From the NCBI GenBank assembly GCA_951406725.2, contig OX597819.1, positions 89,218,001-89,282,000 of the forward strand: a stretch of 64,000 nucleotides of DNA, written 5' to 3'. A program made the translations under genes and the position numbers. Positions 1 to 12,432 of the stretch are shown in pieces. Under the pieces are notes generated by a model. It did not search any database, had not been told where the DNA came from, and was given only the letters and a program-made list of their open reading frames with translations. How positions within the stretch are numbered: position 1 is the first letter of the stretch; every line of letters starts with the position of its first letter. This DNA is from Octopus vulgaris (taxonomy: Eukaryota).

Positions 1-366
1 TATATATAATGTAATATTTATATATATTTGGATGGATATATATTTATATATATATATAAATCTATATGCAAGTCTGTGTCTGTGCGTATGTGTCTATGAC
101 CAGGTATTTTCCTATCTATATAAACAATGCCTCAGATTTACACGCATGGTACAAACGTATCGTAGTTAAATGTTTCATTAAAAAAATTCAAACTAAAACG
201 ACATCGCTGTGTAATATATACATTTACAAAAAAAAAAAAAACTGCATGCGTTTTAAAATACAATTTTATATAATATTATAGCAGTGAATATATATGTGTA
301 TATATAGTCGTGTATACGTATATGTATGAGCGAGTGTGTATAGTCGTATGTACTTTGTTATTGTAA

Positions 367-565
367 CTTTAGCCCCAAATCAACCGTGACTGTGTACACT
401 GATGATCAAAAGCATTCCAAGCGTGATCCTACTCTCATTTTAGAGCAACCTAAGACTACATTATCAGACGTGACCTTCCCTTATTTTAAGACAGTGGGGC
501 GGTGGTTGATTTTGGGAAAGATTTGGCTGCTATTTCTAGCAGGTAAAGCTAGAGACTACGTAGAA
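367..565 (+). repeat. Old interspersed repeat, family C (unclassified)
   Basis: Motifs TTTAGCCCCA...GATCAAAAGCATTCCA...ATTTGGCTGCTATTTCTAGC recur, diverged, at about 1935-2235(+), 2545-2920(-), 3760-3900(-), 14140-14345(-), 16965-17130(+) and 29210-29410(-). Confidence 0.55.
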
Positions 566-946
566 CAGTATTTCCTAACCTTTTGTCAAACCAGCACCCT
601 TTTGATGACAAGTCGAATCGGTCACTATCTTACTTTGAATCTTTTCTAGTGGTTGTTCAAAGGCAAAGGAAGTTTTAATTCGGATTTCCTGTTCCCTATA
701 AAGGTGCTAACACCCCAGGTTAGGAACTACTAATGTAAAGGCTCCCCTTGCTGGCTCGTACTGGTTTGTCTAAGTACGATTACATTCTTCGTCTATAGAC
801 AATATTCTCAGTAGAATCAAAATCAGATGTTATTATATTTTTCTTTAATTAAATCAACCGTAACGTTAGCGAGGTTTCAAATTCAGAATAATATTGGATA
901 AAAAACGGAGTCAGAGAACACAGTGATGTTAAAGAGAGTTTATATT

Positions 947-1158
947 CTTTTCTACTCTAGGCACAAGGCCCGAAATTTTGGGGAAGGGGACCAGTCGATT
1001 AAACCAACTTCAGTACATAGCTGGTACTTATTTTATCGACCTCGAAAGGATGAAAGGCAGAGTCGACCTCGGTAGTATTCGAACTCTGAACGTAAAGACA
1101 GATGAATACTGCTAAGCATTTCGCCCGGCGTGCTTAACGTTTCTGCCAGTTCGCCGCA
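947..1158 (-). mobile_element. tRNA-derived SINE, family B, with 18-bp target-site duplication
   Basis: Reverse complement reads GCGGCGAACTGGCAGAAACGTTAAGCAC...GTTCGAATAC...GAGGTCGACTCTGCCTTTCATCCTTTCGAGGTCGATAAAATAAGTACC (A/B-box-like head plus conserved body). Flanked by TTAAAGAGAGTTTATATT at 929-946 and 1159-1176. Confidence 0.85.
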
Positions 1159-4071
1159 TTAAAGAGAGTTTATATTAGATGGAGATAAGTCTTAAGTTCT
1201 TATACAGAACTTACACAGCTCTCTCTCTCTCTCCCCTCCCCCTCTCTCTCTCTCCCCTCTCTCTCTCACTCACTCTCTTTCTCTCTCTCTCTCTCTCTTT
1301 CTATCTATTTATCTATCTCCCTGTCTGTCTATCTCAGAAGAAGAAGAAGGCCCCGAATTCCTGTTAAAATACACTGCCTTTGTTTTAATTAATCTAGGTA
1401 ATAATGAAGAATTTCGTGAAATAACTTCATCATTGTCAAACTGGAGTTTGGAACATAAATTGATATGAAATTTTTATGGAAGGTTTTCATTTCACTTTAA
1501 AATAGGAAATTTACGTCATAAAACCACGGGCGGTTTTTTATCAAAAGAGTGAACACATTAGATGCTACTCTCCTCGCAGTAATTGAAACTCACTGAAGTT
1601 ATCTTACATGAACTCGGAACATTATCTGTTTCATAATACCTTTAACATTTCTTCTCTATTGAAGCCCAAGTTTCAAAACTCTTTGATTTATCTCTCTTCC
1701 TCACCCAAAGAGACCAAACGGACACGGTTGAATGACATACGAGTGGTATTAAGGGTTTGGACAATATCCTCTCACAGGTGCGGAACTTCACTAAGTTTTG
1801 AGTTCAGTTAACCTTTGCTGGAGTTAACTGAGATCTTTATTTGACCATAGAAATCAGTTAAATAATGAACACCTTATAATTTTGTTTTCCTTTATCATTA
1901 TATATATATATATATATTTATATATAATATTTGATTCACAGGACAATTCCGATCGAGCAGACATAAGCTCAAAGATGTTCCAGCTGTAACCAAGTTATCT
2001 TTTTTGCGTATATCAAGGACTACATTCGGTGCCGGTTTATGACATGAAAGCATATACATTCTCGACAATTGTCTGGGTCCACACAGATCTTGAGGCTCAA
2101 TGCTAATCGTTACATACGGTGGTTGTGTACGAAGTGACTCCAATGCACTGATTTGCCCGATGGTCCTGGTTACATTGTCGACTGCTATTTTTAGCAAATC
2201 GAGCGACCACATAAATGCTCCTCCGGTAGTGTGCAAAAAAAAAAAACTGGGAAACGTTCATTAATAGTGAGCTTAGTGAGCGTATCTCCTGTTTATGAAA
2301 GTGATTCTTATGTTTGTGGAAAACATTACTACGTGTACTAGTAGCTACATACACGCATAATATCAAACACATACTCATACATCATATTTATAAACCAATT
2401 ATATTTCTTACGTAGGCGCAAAACTGCCGATTTTTATAGCGCGGTTGTTTCTATAAGATGTAGAAGTTTCCTGTCGTTCGCAAAGGCATTGACATAGTAA
2501 TAAAGAAAAACATTTGGCTCAAATAAAAATTCAAAACGGATTCACAGATGAGCCAACGAAGTAATCTCTACGCAGTCTTAATTGCAAGAAATGTCAACGA
2601 AATTCTCTCAAATTATATCCGCATTGGATATCATAGATATCGGTTTCAAATTTTGCATTTCAGGGGCCTCTATTGCTTAACTGGTACTTATTTTATCCAC
2701 TCCGAAAGGTTGAAAGGCTAAGTCGACTTCGACAGTATTTGAACTCAGATCGTAAAGACGGACGAACTGCCGCAAAGCATTTTGCCCGGCGTGCTAACGA
2801 TTCTGCCAGCTTGCCGCTTTAGGGATAGAATAGATATTAAAAATGATACAATTATTAGGGCTGGAATGCTTTTGATTATAAGTCTGCTGAATCAAGGCTG
2901 ACAACCTGGGGGTAAACAACGATTCATAAACTCGGAATGACGAGTGATTTACCGCTTTAGTCTACAGCACTCCCGACTCTCCAAAATAGTGCTTGTCAAA
3001 TAAGAGACGTTAGATATCAGTTAACAATATGGATGAAGGGAGCGGGGAAATACTTCGAGGAAGCATTCCGCAAGCTAAATAAACATGCAGAAGAATCTCA
3101 CTTACGTGGTACAGTGGTGTGATAAAGTTTAAATGAGTTTAGCCATGTATTCATCATCATCATCATTATTATGGCATGAGTTAGCTGGTTTGGACCAGCG
3201 GGTCCAAGGACTGCATCGTACGTCACTGTCTGCTTTCGCATGATTTCTATAGTTGGATGCCCTTCCTAATGCCAACCACTTTACACCATAAACTGGGTGC
3301 TTTTCTTGTGCCACCAGTACTATTGAAGTAACTATGCAGCACACAAGACTACAAACCCTGAGGAAGGTGGGAGTCCATTCTATGCTAGGGGGTGAGAGGT
3401 TAGAGTGTGTGAGAAGGTGAAAGATAACGGTGGCGCCAGGAGGGCTTGAACTATGAATGTAGATAGGCAAGGCTAAATAATGATTTCTGATTTAGACACA
3501 TGACCAATAGTTTTGAGGAGAGGAAGAAGCTGATGCTATTGCCCTCTGTACTTGATGGTACTTTATTTTATCAACTCAAGAGGAATGAAAAGCAAAGATA
3601 ACCACAGCAGGATTTGAACTCAGAATATTAAGAGCCAGAACAAATACAACAAAGCATTTTGACTCTGGTGATTCTGCCAGTTCCCCTCTGTAAAGTAGTT
3701 TAGTGAATACTGTCTTTTCCAACAGACAACAACACTAAAAGCCAATAAGGGGTCCTTTGAGTAATTACTCAACTTGCTAAATACAGCAACTAAATGTCCT
3801 TCAAATCACATCCCACAGTCTAGAAAAGGAAGGATACATTGGACGATGTAGTCTTTAATGTAAAAAACGACAAGATGAATACAACTGGAATCCTTTTGGT
3901 CAGAAACTAAACAAACAATTATGGCAACAGAGAAAGTTAATGATGGTATTCACACCAAAAATCTCTTGCTGAAATCAAAGAATTTACCGTTTTTAACAAG
4001 ACATTTACTGATAAATCCTTTTGAAAGCAATCTATCTGAAACTGCTCTTGGTTTTATGATACAATTTCTGA

Positions 4072-4233
4072 GGTGTAGGAGTGGCTGTGTGGTAAGTAGC
4101 TTGCCTACGAACCACATGGTTCCAGGTCCAGTCCCACTGCATGACACCTTGAGCAAGTGTCTTCTACTATAGCCCCAGGCCGACCAAAGCCTTGTGAGTG
4201 GATTTGGTAGACAGAAACTGAAAGAAACCCATC

Positions 4234-4275
<42 letters not shown>

Positions 4276-4476
4276 GTGTGTATTGTTTGTCCCCCCCCCC
4301 ATCGCTTGACAACCGATGCTGGTGTGTCTATGTCCCCGTAACTTAGCAGTTCGGGAAAAGAGACCGATAGAATAAGTACAAGGTTTACAAAGAATAAGTC
4401 CTGGGGTCGATTTGCTCAACTAAAGGCAATGCTCCAGCATGGCCACAGTCAAATGACTGAAACAAGTAAAAGAGTA
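4072..4476 (+). mobile_element. tRNA-derived SINE, family A, full length with internal (TA)n/(TG)n
   Basis: Head GGAGTGGCTGTGTGGTAAG...GGTCCAGTCCCAC (A/B boxes), body CCTTGTGAGTGGATTTGGTAGAC, central microsatellite, tail GCTCCAGCATGGCC...GAAACAAGTAAAAGAG. About 25 full or partial copies in the window. Possibly one of the described octopus tRNA-SINE families (not verified). Confidence 0.88.
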
Positions 4477-5568
4477 TTTAAAGTGATCTAAGTTATAACT
4501 TTCCATCAAAACTTCCATGTTGATTTATATTCCAAACACCAGCTTAACGACGACAAAGTCATTTTAATAAATAAATCATTATTTTCAAAATTAATTGAAA
4601 TATGTAAATATGTTTTAAAAAATAGTTTTAAAAAACCACAAAAATTAAACTCTAAAATTTTTCTAAACCATTAAACGATTTCTGAAAATGTTCCTATTTC
4701 ACCCCAACTTTGTAGTGCTTAGCAGATGCAAGGTAAAGTTCCCCGTGAATAGAACAATGGTTTATCACAGGTGACATTCTCTAATGATATGACACATACT
4801 TGAATAGCTTGAAGAACTGAGGCAAAGAAGAATAACATGTTCAGCTCAGAACTACAATTTTTTTGTTTATTTATGTATAACACTTAAAATTGTTTATGTA
4901 ACGAAGTGTTTGTTTATTTATTATATATAATTTCAATTTAAGATACACTAGCAGCAGCTCAAATTACAGTAAAATTTATATAGCATGCATATATGTATGC
5001 AATTTGTGTTCATCCTGCTGTTTTGCTAATTCAAGACAAGAATTTGCTAGTTAAAAAAGCAATGATTTTTAAAGGTATGTATAGTCTCACAAGTAGCGCA
5101 GATTACAAATCTTGTAAATAATGTATGTGCTCTATTTTGTTGATATTAGACTTAACTGGATGAATAAAATTGGAAAAGCCTGGTGCTATTCAATTATCTC
5201 CCTTTACATTCTGAGGTCAAATCCAAAGGATGTCAGCCTTATTTTTTCCTAATCTTAATATTGTTAAAGTAAATTACAGTCAAGCAACTAGAATTGATTA
5301 AATCAATTTTTCTGTTCCCAGATTCACCTGATCTGTGGTTTGTAACTTTGACAGAACTCTATATCAAACATTAGACATCAGAATTTTTATTTTCTATTTC
5401 TTTTGCTTGGCTGTGTGATTAACAAGTTTACTTCATAACCACATGGTTTTAGGTTTAGTCCCACTGAATGACACCTTTGGCAAAGGATTTCTACTATAGC
5501 TTCAGACCTCCCAAAGCCTTGTGAGTGGATTTGGTAGACAGAAAGCAAAAAAAAAGTTCATCATATGA

Positions 5569-5965
5569 GGTGCAGGAGTGGCTGTGTGGTAAGTAGCTTG
5601 CTTAACAACCACATGGTTCCGGGTTCAGTCCCACTGCATGGCACCTTGGGCAAGTGTCTTCTACAATAGCCTCGGGTCAACCAAATCCTTGTGAGTGGAT
5701 TTGGTAGATGGAAACTGAAAGAAGCCCGTCATATATATGTATATATATGTGTGTGTTTGTGTGTCTGTGTTTGTCCCCCCAACATCGCTTGACAACTGAT
5801 GCTGGCGTGTTTATGTCCCCCTAACTTAGCGGTTCAGCAAAAGAGATCGATAGAATAAGTACTAGGCTTACAAAGACTAAGTCCTGGGGTCGATTTGCGC
5901 GACTAAAGGTGGTGCTCCAGCATGGCCGCAATCAAATGACTGAAACAAGTAAAAGAGTAAGAGTA
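5569..5965 (+). mobile_element. SINE family A, full length (preceded by an older partial head at 5408-5545)
   Basis: Colinear with 4072-4476. Confidence 0.88.
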
Positions 5966-6275
5966 TATACATTGTGTGTGTGTGTGTGCGCATGCATGTG
6001 TGTGTGTGTTTTCTCTCCTAGTCTTGATATTAGATGACAGTTGTAAATAAATATCACTTTCATAGAAGTAGTGTCGAAGTAGTGTCATTCATTTCCAATC
6101 TGAAAACGATTGGTCAAGGGAAACTATTGCACTACTTGGAAGAGATGTGGAGGATTGGAAACTGGAAGGGCATCTGACCATAAAAAAAATCTCCTCAGCA
6201 AATTCCATTTGACTCATACAAGTATGGAAAAGTAGATATTAAAATAAGGATAATGACAATGATAAATAAAAATAA

Positions 6276-6520
6276 ATGCACCTTTTTTAAAGCCTAGCCA
6301 GGCTCATGGGCCTGGTTTCCCAGTTTCTGTGGCGTATGTGCTCCCCAGCTGGACGGGACGCTAGTCCATCGCAGCGTTACTCATTTTTGCTAGCTGAGTG
6401 GACTGGAGCAATGTGAAATGAAGTATTTTGCTCAAGAACATGTGTCACCCGGTCCAGGAATCGAAACCACAATCTTATGATCATGATGCTGACACCCCAA
6501 CCACTAAGCCACGCGCCTCC
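6276..6520 (-). mobile_element. tRNA-derived SINE, family D (V-domain-like body)
   Basis: Reverse complement GGAGGCGCGTGGCTTAGTGGTTGGGGTG...GGTTTCGATTCC...TTCTTGAGCAAAATACTTC...TTGCTCCAGTCCACTCAGCT. Confidence 0.7.
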
Positions 6521-6980
6521 ACAATGACAATGATGGTTTCATCAAAAGAAAGGTACTATCCCTATGGCCTTCATAGTCCCTCTAAGATCAATGTAGTCTG
6601 TATTTCTCTTGAATTGTTGTTGACAATCTAGAAAGAAAGACCTGGGGACAGTGGTTAGTGCAGAACCTAGGGTGTTGTGAGAAACATAATATGGGTGAGG
6701 AGAAGAAGAGAGATAAGTGAGTCAGGAGTAGCAGTTTGAAAAATGTTTGATTTGAAATACTTTTGAAGGAAGAGAGACCAGTATTCAGAAGTATCTGGAA
6801 TTGAATACAGTAAACAAAAGAAGACTTGGTTGTGGGGTTAAGAAATTTCCTGTCTAACCATATGGTTTTAGGTTCAGTCTTACTATATGACACCTTTGAC
6901 AATTGTCTTCTACTATAGCTCCACGTTGAGGAAAGCTTCATGAGTGAGTTTGGTTGATAGAGACTGAAAGAAGAAACTGA

Positions 6981-7212
6981 AGGCAGCAAGCTGCCAGAAA
7001 CATTAGCATGCCGGGCAAAATGCTTAGCGGTATTTCATCTGTCTTTACAATCCGAGTTCAAATTCCACCGAGGTCAACTTTGCCTTTTGTCCTTTTGGTG
7101 TCAATAAATTAAGTACCAGTTACGCACTGGGGTCAATGTAATCAACGTAATCCCTTTGTCTGTCCTTGTTTGTCCCCTCTATGTTTAGCCCATTGTGAAC
7201 AATAAAGAAATA
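6981..7212 (+). mobile_element. SINE family B nested in a family A head (6828-7230)
   Basis: Family B sequence with AAGAAACTGAA repeated on both sides (about 6971-6981 and 7212-7222). Confidence 0.75.
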
Positions 7213-7446
7213 AGAAACTGAAAGAAGCCCAATGTCGAAAAAAGCACCTGTATCAGCACCATGTAAAAAGCACCCAGTATGCTCTGTAAAGTGGCTGGCA
7301 TTAGAAAGGCCATTTAACCCTAGAAACCATGCCAAAATAGATGACTGGAGCCTGGTGCAGCCCTCCAGCTTGCCAGCTCCAGTCAAACTGTTCAACCCAT
7401 GCCAGCATAGAAAACGGATATTAAATGATGATGATGACGATGATAA

Positions 7447-7618
7447 GAGTGGCTGTGTGGTAAGAAGCTTGCTTCCCAACCACATGGTTTTGGTTTCAGT
7501 CCCACTGCATGGCATCTTGGGCCAGTGTCTTCTACTATAGTCCCACGCTGACCAAAGCCTTGTGAGTGGATTTGGTAGATGGAAACTGAAAGAAGCCTGT
7601 CATATATATATATGTATG

Positions 7619-7656
<38 letters not shown>

Positions 7657-7835
7657 TTTGTGTTTGTATGATGCTGGTGTGTTTGTGTCCTCTTAACTTA
7701 GCGGTTTGGTAAAAGTGACTGATAGAATAAGTACTAGGCTTACAAAGAATAAGTCCTGGGGTCAATTTGTTTGACTAGCAGCAGTGTTCCAGCATGGCTA
7801 CAGTCAAATGATTGAAACAAGTAAAAGAATAAAAG
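7447..7835 (+). mobile_element. SINE family A
   Basis: Colinear with 4072-4476. Confidence 0.85.
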
Positions 7836-7926
7836 AAAGAATGTATCCTTGTATGTATGTACATATGTATGTGAGCATGTGTGTATTACTGTCTCTTTGC
7901 CTTAACTTCATGAGATAGTTGTAAAT

Positions 7927-8290
7927 CATCATCATCATCATCATCGTTTAACGTCCGCTTTCCATGCTAGCATGGGTTGGACGATTCGACCGGGGATCTG
8001 GGAAGCCAGAAGGCTGCACCAGGCTCCAGTCTTATCTGGCAATGTTTCTACAGCTGGATGCCCTTCCTAACGCCAACCACTCCGTGAGTGTAGTGGGTGC
8101 TTTTTACGTGCCACCTGCACAGGTGCCAGGCGAGGCTGGCAATGGCCACGGTCGGATTGGTGTATTTTATGTGCCACCGGCACGGAAGCCAGTCGAGGCG
8201 GCGCTGGCATCGGCCACGAGTCAGAGAGTGCTTTTTACGTACCACCAGACCAGGGATCCTGGCTGGTTCAATTCGATTTCGATTTCGCTT
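7927..8290 (-). mobile_element. RTE-LINE-type 3' end or RTE-tailed non-autonomous element
   Basis: Minus strand ends ...CCAACCCATGCTAGCATGGAAAGCGGACGTTAAACGATGATGATG, a (GAT)n tail, with three internal GTGCTTTTTACGTGCCACC-like subrepeats. The same tail occurs at about 7230-7440(+), 19250-19445(-), 22570-22917(+), 38048-38165(-) and 49978-50160(-), and next to RTE ORF fragments. Confidence 0.75.
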
Positions 8291-9013
8291 TCGCATGGAA
8301 GCAATGTCCTTCATTTCCAATCTTCTGTAAAAATAGATCTGGTTCTAGGGAATAATGCTTTACTTGGAAACAGATGATGGGTGGCAACAGGAAAGGTGGT
8401 GTCCAACTATAGAAAATTCACTTCAACAAATTCTGGTGGATCCATGCAAGCATGGAGAAATGGATACTAAACACTGATGATGATGATGATGATGATGACA
8501 ATGAGGATGACAACAATGATGATGATGTTGGTGGCAACAACGATGATGATGACAGTGTTGTTGTTGTTGTTGATGATGATGATGGTGATGGTGATGATGA
8601 TGCTGCTGCTGCTTTCTCTTCTGTGACAAATCAGTCCTCGTAATTTATACTTATATTTATTTTTCCCTGCAGATTTTATACAGATTATTTTTTGTTGATA
8701 CAGCTCACCAGGAGTTTTTTTTTTTTTTTGAAATCTGGCTCCTGCAGAAAAATAATCCTTCTTGCCTGTGAAAAAGAAAATGTGAACATATATTTCTTTT
8801 ACTAGTTTCAGCTTAAGCGCTGTGACCATGCTGGAGTACTGCTGTTAATTCCTTCTGACCGTTATTATAATTATTATCATTTTGAAATACATATTTCCAC
8901 GCATGCTTGAATCAGAAGGAATTCATTGAGGCCATATTTTTTTACGATTGGAATCAAATCCTATCACCAACTCTTAACTGTCTCCAAGCTAGGTAATTTT
9001 TTCCCACATTCTA

Positions 9014-9420
9014 AGGCAGCAAGCTGGCAAAATGCTTAGCAGTATTTTGTCTGTCTTTATGTTCAAATTCCACCGAGGTTGACTTTGCCTTCAATCCTTT
9101 CAGGGTTGATAAATTAAGTACCAGTTGCTCTAATTGAGTGGCCCCCTCCCCCAAAATTTTGGGTCGCGTGCTTAGAGTAGAAAAGAATATTTATGAAACA
9201 GTAAAGCGGTGCGCTGGTAGAAATGTTAGTATGCCAGGCGAAATGCCTAGTGGTATTTCATCTGTCTTTACATTCTGAGTTCAAATTCTGCTGAGGTCGA
9301 CTTTGCCTTTCATCTTTTTGGGGTCAATAAATTAAGTACCAGTTATATACTGGGTTCGATCCAATCGACTGGTCCCCTCCCCAAAAATTTTGGGCCTTGT
9401 GCCTAGAGCAGGAAGGAATA
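9014..9420 (+). mobile_element. Two consecutive SINE family B copies
   Basis: Family B head and body at about 9014-9187 and 9204-9420. Confidence 0.75.
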
Positions 9421-9444
9421 TTTTCCCACATTTTAATTTTTTAT

Positions 9445-10072
9445 CTCTTACTTGTTTTGGTTATTAGACTGCGGCCATGCTGGAGCACTACCTTGAAGAA
9501 TGTATGTATGTATGTATGAATCAACCCCAGTACTTATTTTTTAAAGCTTGATACTTATTCTGTTGATCTCTTTTGCCAAACTGCTAAGTTAAAGGGATAT
9601 AAACATATCAACACTGGTTGTCAAGTAGTGGTGAGGGACACACACACATACACACACACGTATACATGCATAAAATGAGCTTCTCTCAGTTTCTTATTTC
9701 TTTACTGCCCACAAGGGGCTACACACAGAGGGGACAAAAAGGACAGACAAACGGATTAAATCGATTATATCGACCCCAGTGCAAAACTGATACTTATTTA
9801 ATCGACCCTGAAAGGATGAAAGGCAAAGCCGACCTCGGCGGAATTTGAACTCAGAACATAGCGGTAGACAAAATACCGCTAAGCATTTCGCCCGGCATGC
9901 TGACGTTTCTGCCAGCTTGCCGCTTCTTTCAGTTTCTGTCAACCAGATCCATTCACAAAGCTATGGTCGACCCAAGGCTACAGTAGAAGATACTAGCTCA
10001 AGGAGCTTGCCCAAGGACTGAACTCAGAACCATGTAGTTGGGAAGCAAGCTTCTTACAACATAGCCACACCT
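9445..10072 (-). mobile_element. SINE family A with a nested family B copy (9694-9922)
   Basis: Family A tail, then family B, then family A head resumes at CTTCTTTCAGTTTC, which is duplicated around the insert. Confidence 0.75.
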
Positions 10073-10621
10073 GCTGGACATGTTTTCATGAAAGACAGCA
10101 CTTATATGAGAGTGACACTTTCTTATTCTTATCATGCAATGCCAGGATGAAGGGACATAGATAGATACACACACAAGTAAGTATACGATAGGCTAATTTC
10201 AGCTTCCTTTAACCTAATCCCCTAACAAGGCTTTGGTTAGCCTAGAGTTATAACAGAAGACACTTTCCCAAGATGCCATGTTGTTGAATTGAACCTGAAA
10301 CCATATGGCTAGAAAGCAAACATTCTTAACCTCACAGCCATGCCTACACACATGCACACACACACACACATGCTCACATATACACACCCATACACACAAA
10401 CACCATCATCATCATCATCATTTAACATCCACTTTTCCATGCTTCTATGGGTCAGGAGGAATACACTGAGGCAGGTTTTTTATTGCCAAATGTCTTGCCT
10501 TTTACCAACCCTTACCTATTTCCAAGCAAGGTAATATATCCCCATCAGCTGGAAATGAACAACACTGCTCATATGATGGAGATGACAAAGGTGCACACAC
10601 ACATGCACACGTGCATACATG

Positions 10622-10654
<33 letters not shown>

Positions 10655-11385
10655 TACAGGCTTCTTTTCTTTCTGTTTACTGAATCCACAAGAATTACAT
10701 TCGGCCCAAGCTATAATGGAAGACACTTGCCCAAGGTGCTGCACAATGGGACTGAACACAAAACCACATGGCTGGAAAACAGACTTTTTAACTACACAGC
10801 CATAAAAGTTTCAAGAAAAGCAGTCAAGCAGCTTTTTTTTTTTTAATTATCTTTTACTATTTTCTCTTCATTTTTTTTTTTTTGCTGTTACTAAATAAAA
10901 GTAGTTAGATATTTTTTTTGTTCATCATGAATACTGGTAATTAAAAAAATTTATGAATACTGGTAATTATAATTTGACCATAAAACCAATAGTTGGCAAA
11001 TTGTCAGAGTTGTCAGAGTGGTATTTATTCCAACTGTGTGTATTCTGAGTTCAAATTTCACCAAGATAAATTTTGCTTTTTATCCTTTCAGGGTTAATAA
11101 CATAAAATTTATAAAGTCTTTAGATTTGGATTGGTACAGTTGGGTAAATGTTCAATAAGATTCATTGCCATTATTCTTTTCTGCTAGAGAGCTGGCAGAA
11201 ATGTTAGCATCGGCACAGGCATGGCTGTGTAGCAAGAAGCTTGCTTCCCAACTACATGGTTCTGGGTTCAGTCCTATTGCATGGCACCTTGGGCAGGAGT
11301 CTTCTACTACAGCCTCAGGTTAACCAATGCCTTGTGAGTAGATTTGGTAGACGGAAACTGAAAGAAATCTGTTGTATATAAATAT

Positions 11386-12094
11386 ACTGAACTACAAAAG
11401 AAACGTCGCACTGTAAAAGAATATTTGTTTCATACATGATGTTGAGATTATATGGATTTTATCACAATTCTAGGTAACCTGACATTAGGAAGATGTCACT
11501 GATCCACAACAGCACTCTGTTTTGAAAACACAAGGGATTGCATGTAAGGTTGGTAATGCTTGTGAACGCATCTTTATGAAAAGCATGATGCATGTGCAAA
11601 ACATTGACTCATTGGATATAAAAGGTACCCAAATTTACCATCCTGTCTTTCATTTCCTGAATGCAGCAAGCATGCCAAAACTGACACAAAATCAGAGGGA
11701 GCAAGCCACTAGACATATCCATGCTGGTCAACATCCATAGGTCATTGCTAATGACTTGAACTGCAGTATTCAGACAACTGAGCAGCTGAGGGAATGATAC
11801 AATGCCACAAACAGTATGGATGATCATCCACACAGTGACCGACCGAGGGTTACAATGGCGTATCAAGATCATCACCTGCATCAACAGCACTTGCAGGACC
11901 TTTTCTGAAGAGCAACGGAATCAGCAAGGCAGACCATAGGGACTCACCACAGACTCAATTGTGCAGAGACAGTTCATCGCTGGCTGAGATCTTTCAATCT
12001 GTCTTTCTCAGTCAGCACTCTTTCAATCACTGGTATGGCAGTCTGATAATAAACCGGTTTCTATTTAGTATTTGTGCTATATTTTTTTTGTGGT

Positions 12095-12100
<6 letters not shown>
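11386..12100 (+). mobile_element. Internally deleted, decayed Tc1-like DNA transposon
   Basis: Imperfect TIRs ACTGAACTACAAAAGAAACGTCGCAC / GTGCTATATTTTTTTTGTGGTTCAGT in TA context. Frame from 11672 reads MPKLTQNQREQATRHIHAGQHP*VIANDLNCSIQT...DHPHSDRPRVT, a paired-like HTH plus a GRPR-like motif. Confidence 0.7.
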
Positions 12101-12145
<45 letters not shown>

Positions 12146-12149
<4 letters not shown>

Positions 12150-12432
12150 TTAGGAACGACCATAATAGGCCATTCAACCCACTGGAAATAACAGCCAAAG
12201 CTTCAACCGTAAAACAATATTAATTCCGTAAACCAGGAGATTTTCTCCTGGTTTACGGAATATATTGTTTTACGTTGAAGCTTTAATGTTATTTCTAGTG
12301 GGTTGAATGGCCTATATATTCTAAATTTTGCTGTTGAATTTATAAATGGTCTATGACTATTTACTTTTTTCCCACTAGGCCGCTGGTGGCAAAAAAATTC
12401 TGCGAAATTTTTTGCCACCCTATATTGATTAA
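12146..12432. repeat. TA-inserted foldback element (150-bp palindrome plus second hairpin)
   Basis: 12165-12240 is the near-perfect reverse complement of 12244-12315. Hairpin GGTGGCAAAAAA...TTTTTTGCCACC at 12385-12419. Confidence 0.8.

Noticed and set aside
3921-4419. Recurrent ORFs with SGCVVSSL..NHMV.G.VPL.GTL.KCLLL or YSRRHLPKV motifs
   Set aside because: They are reading frames through SINE family A copies, not a protein family.
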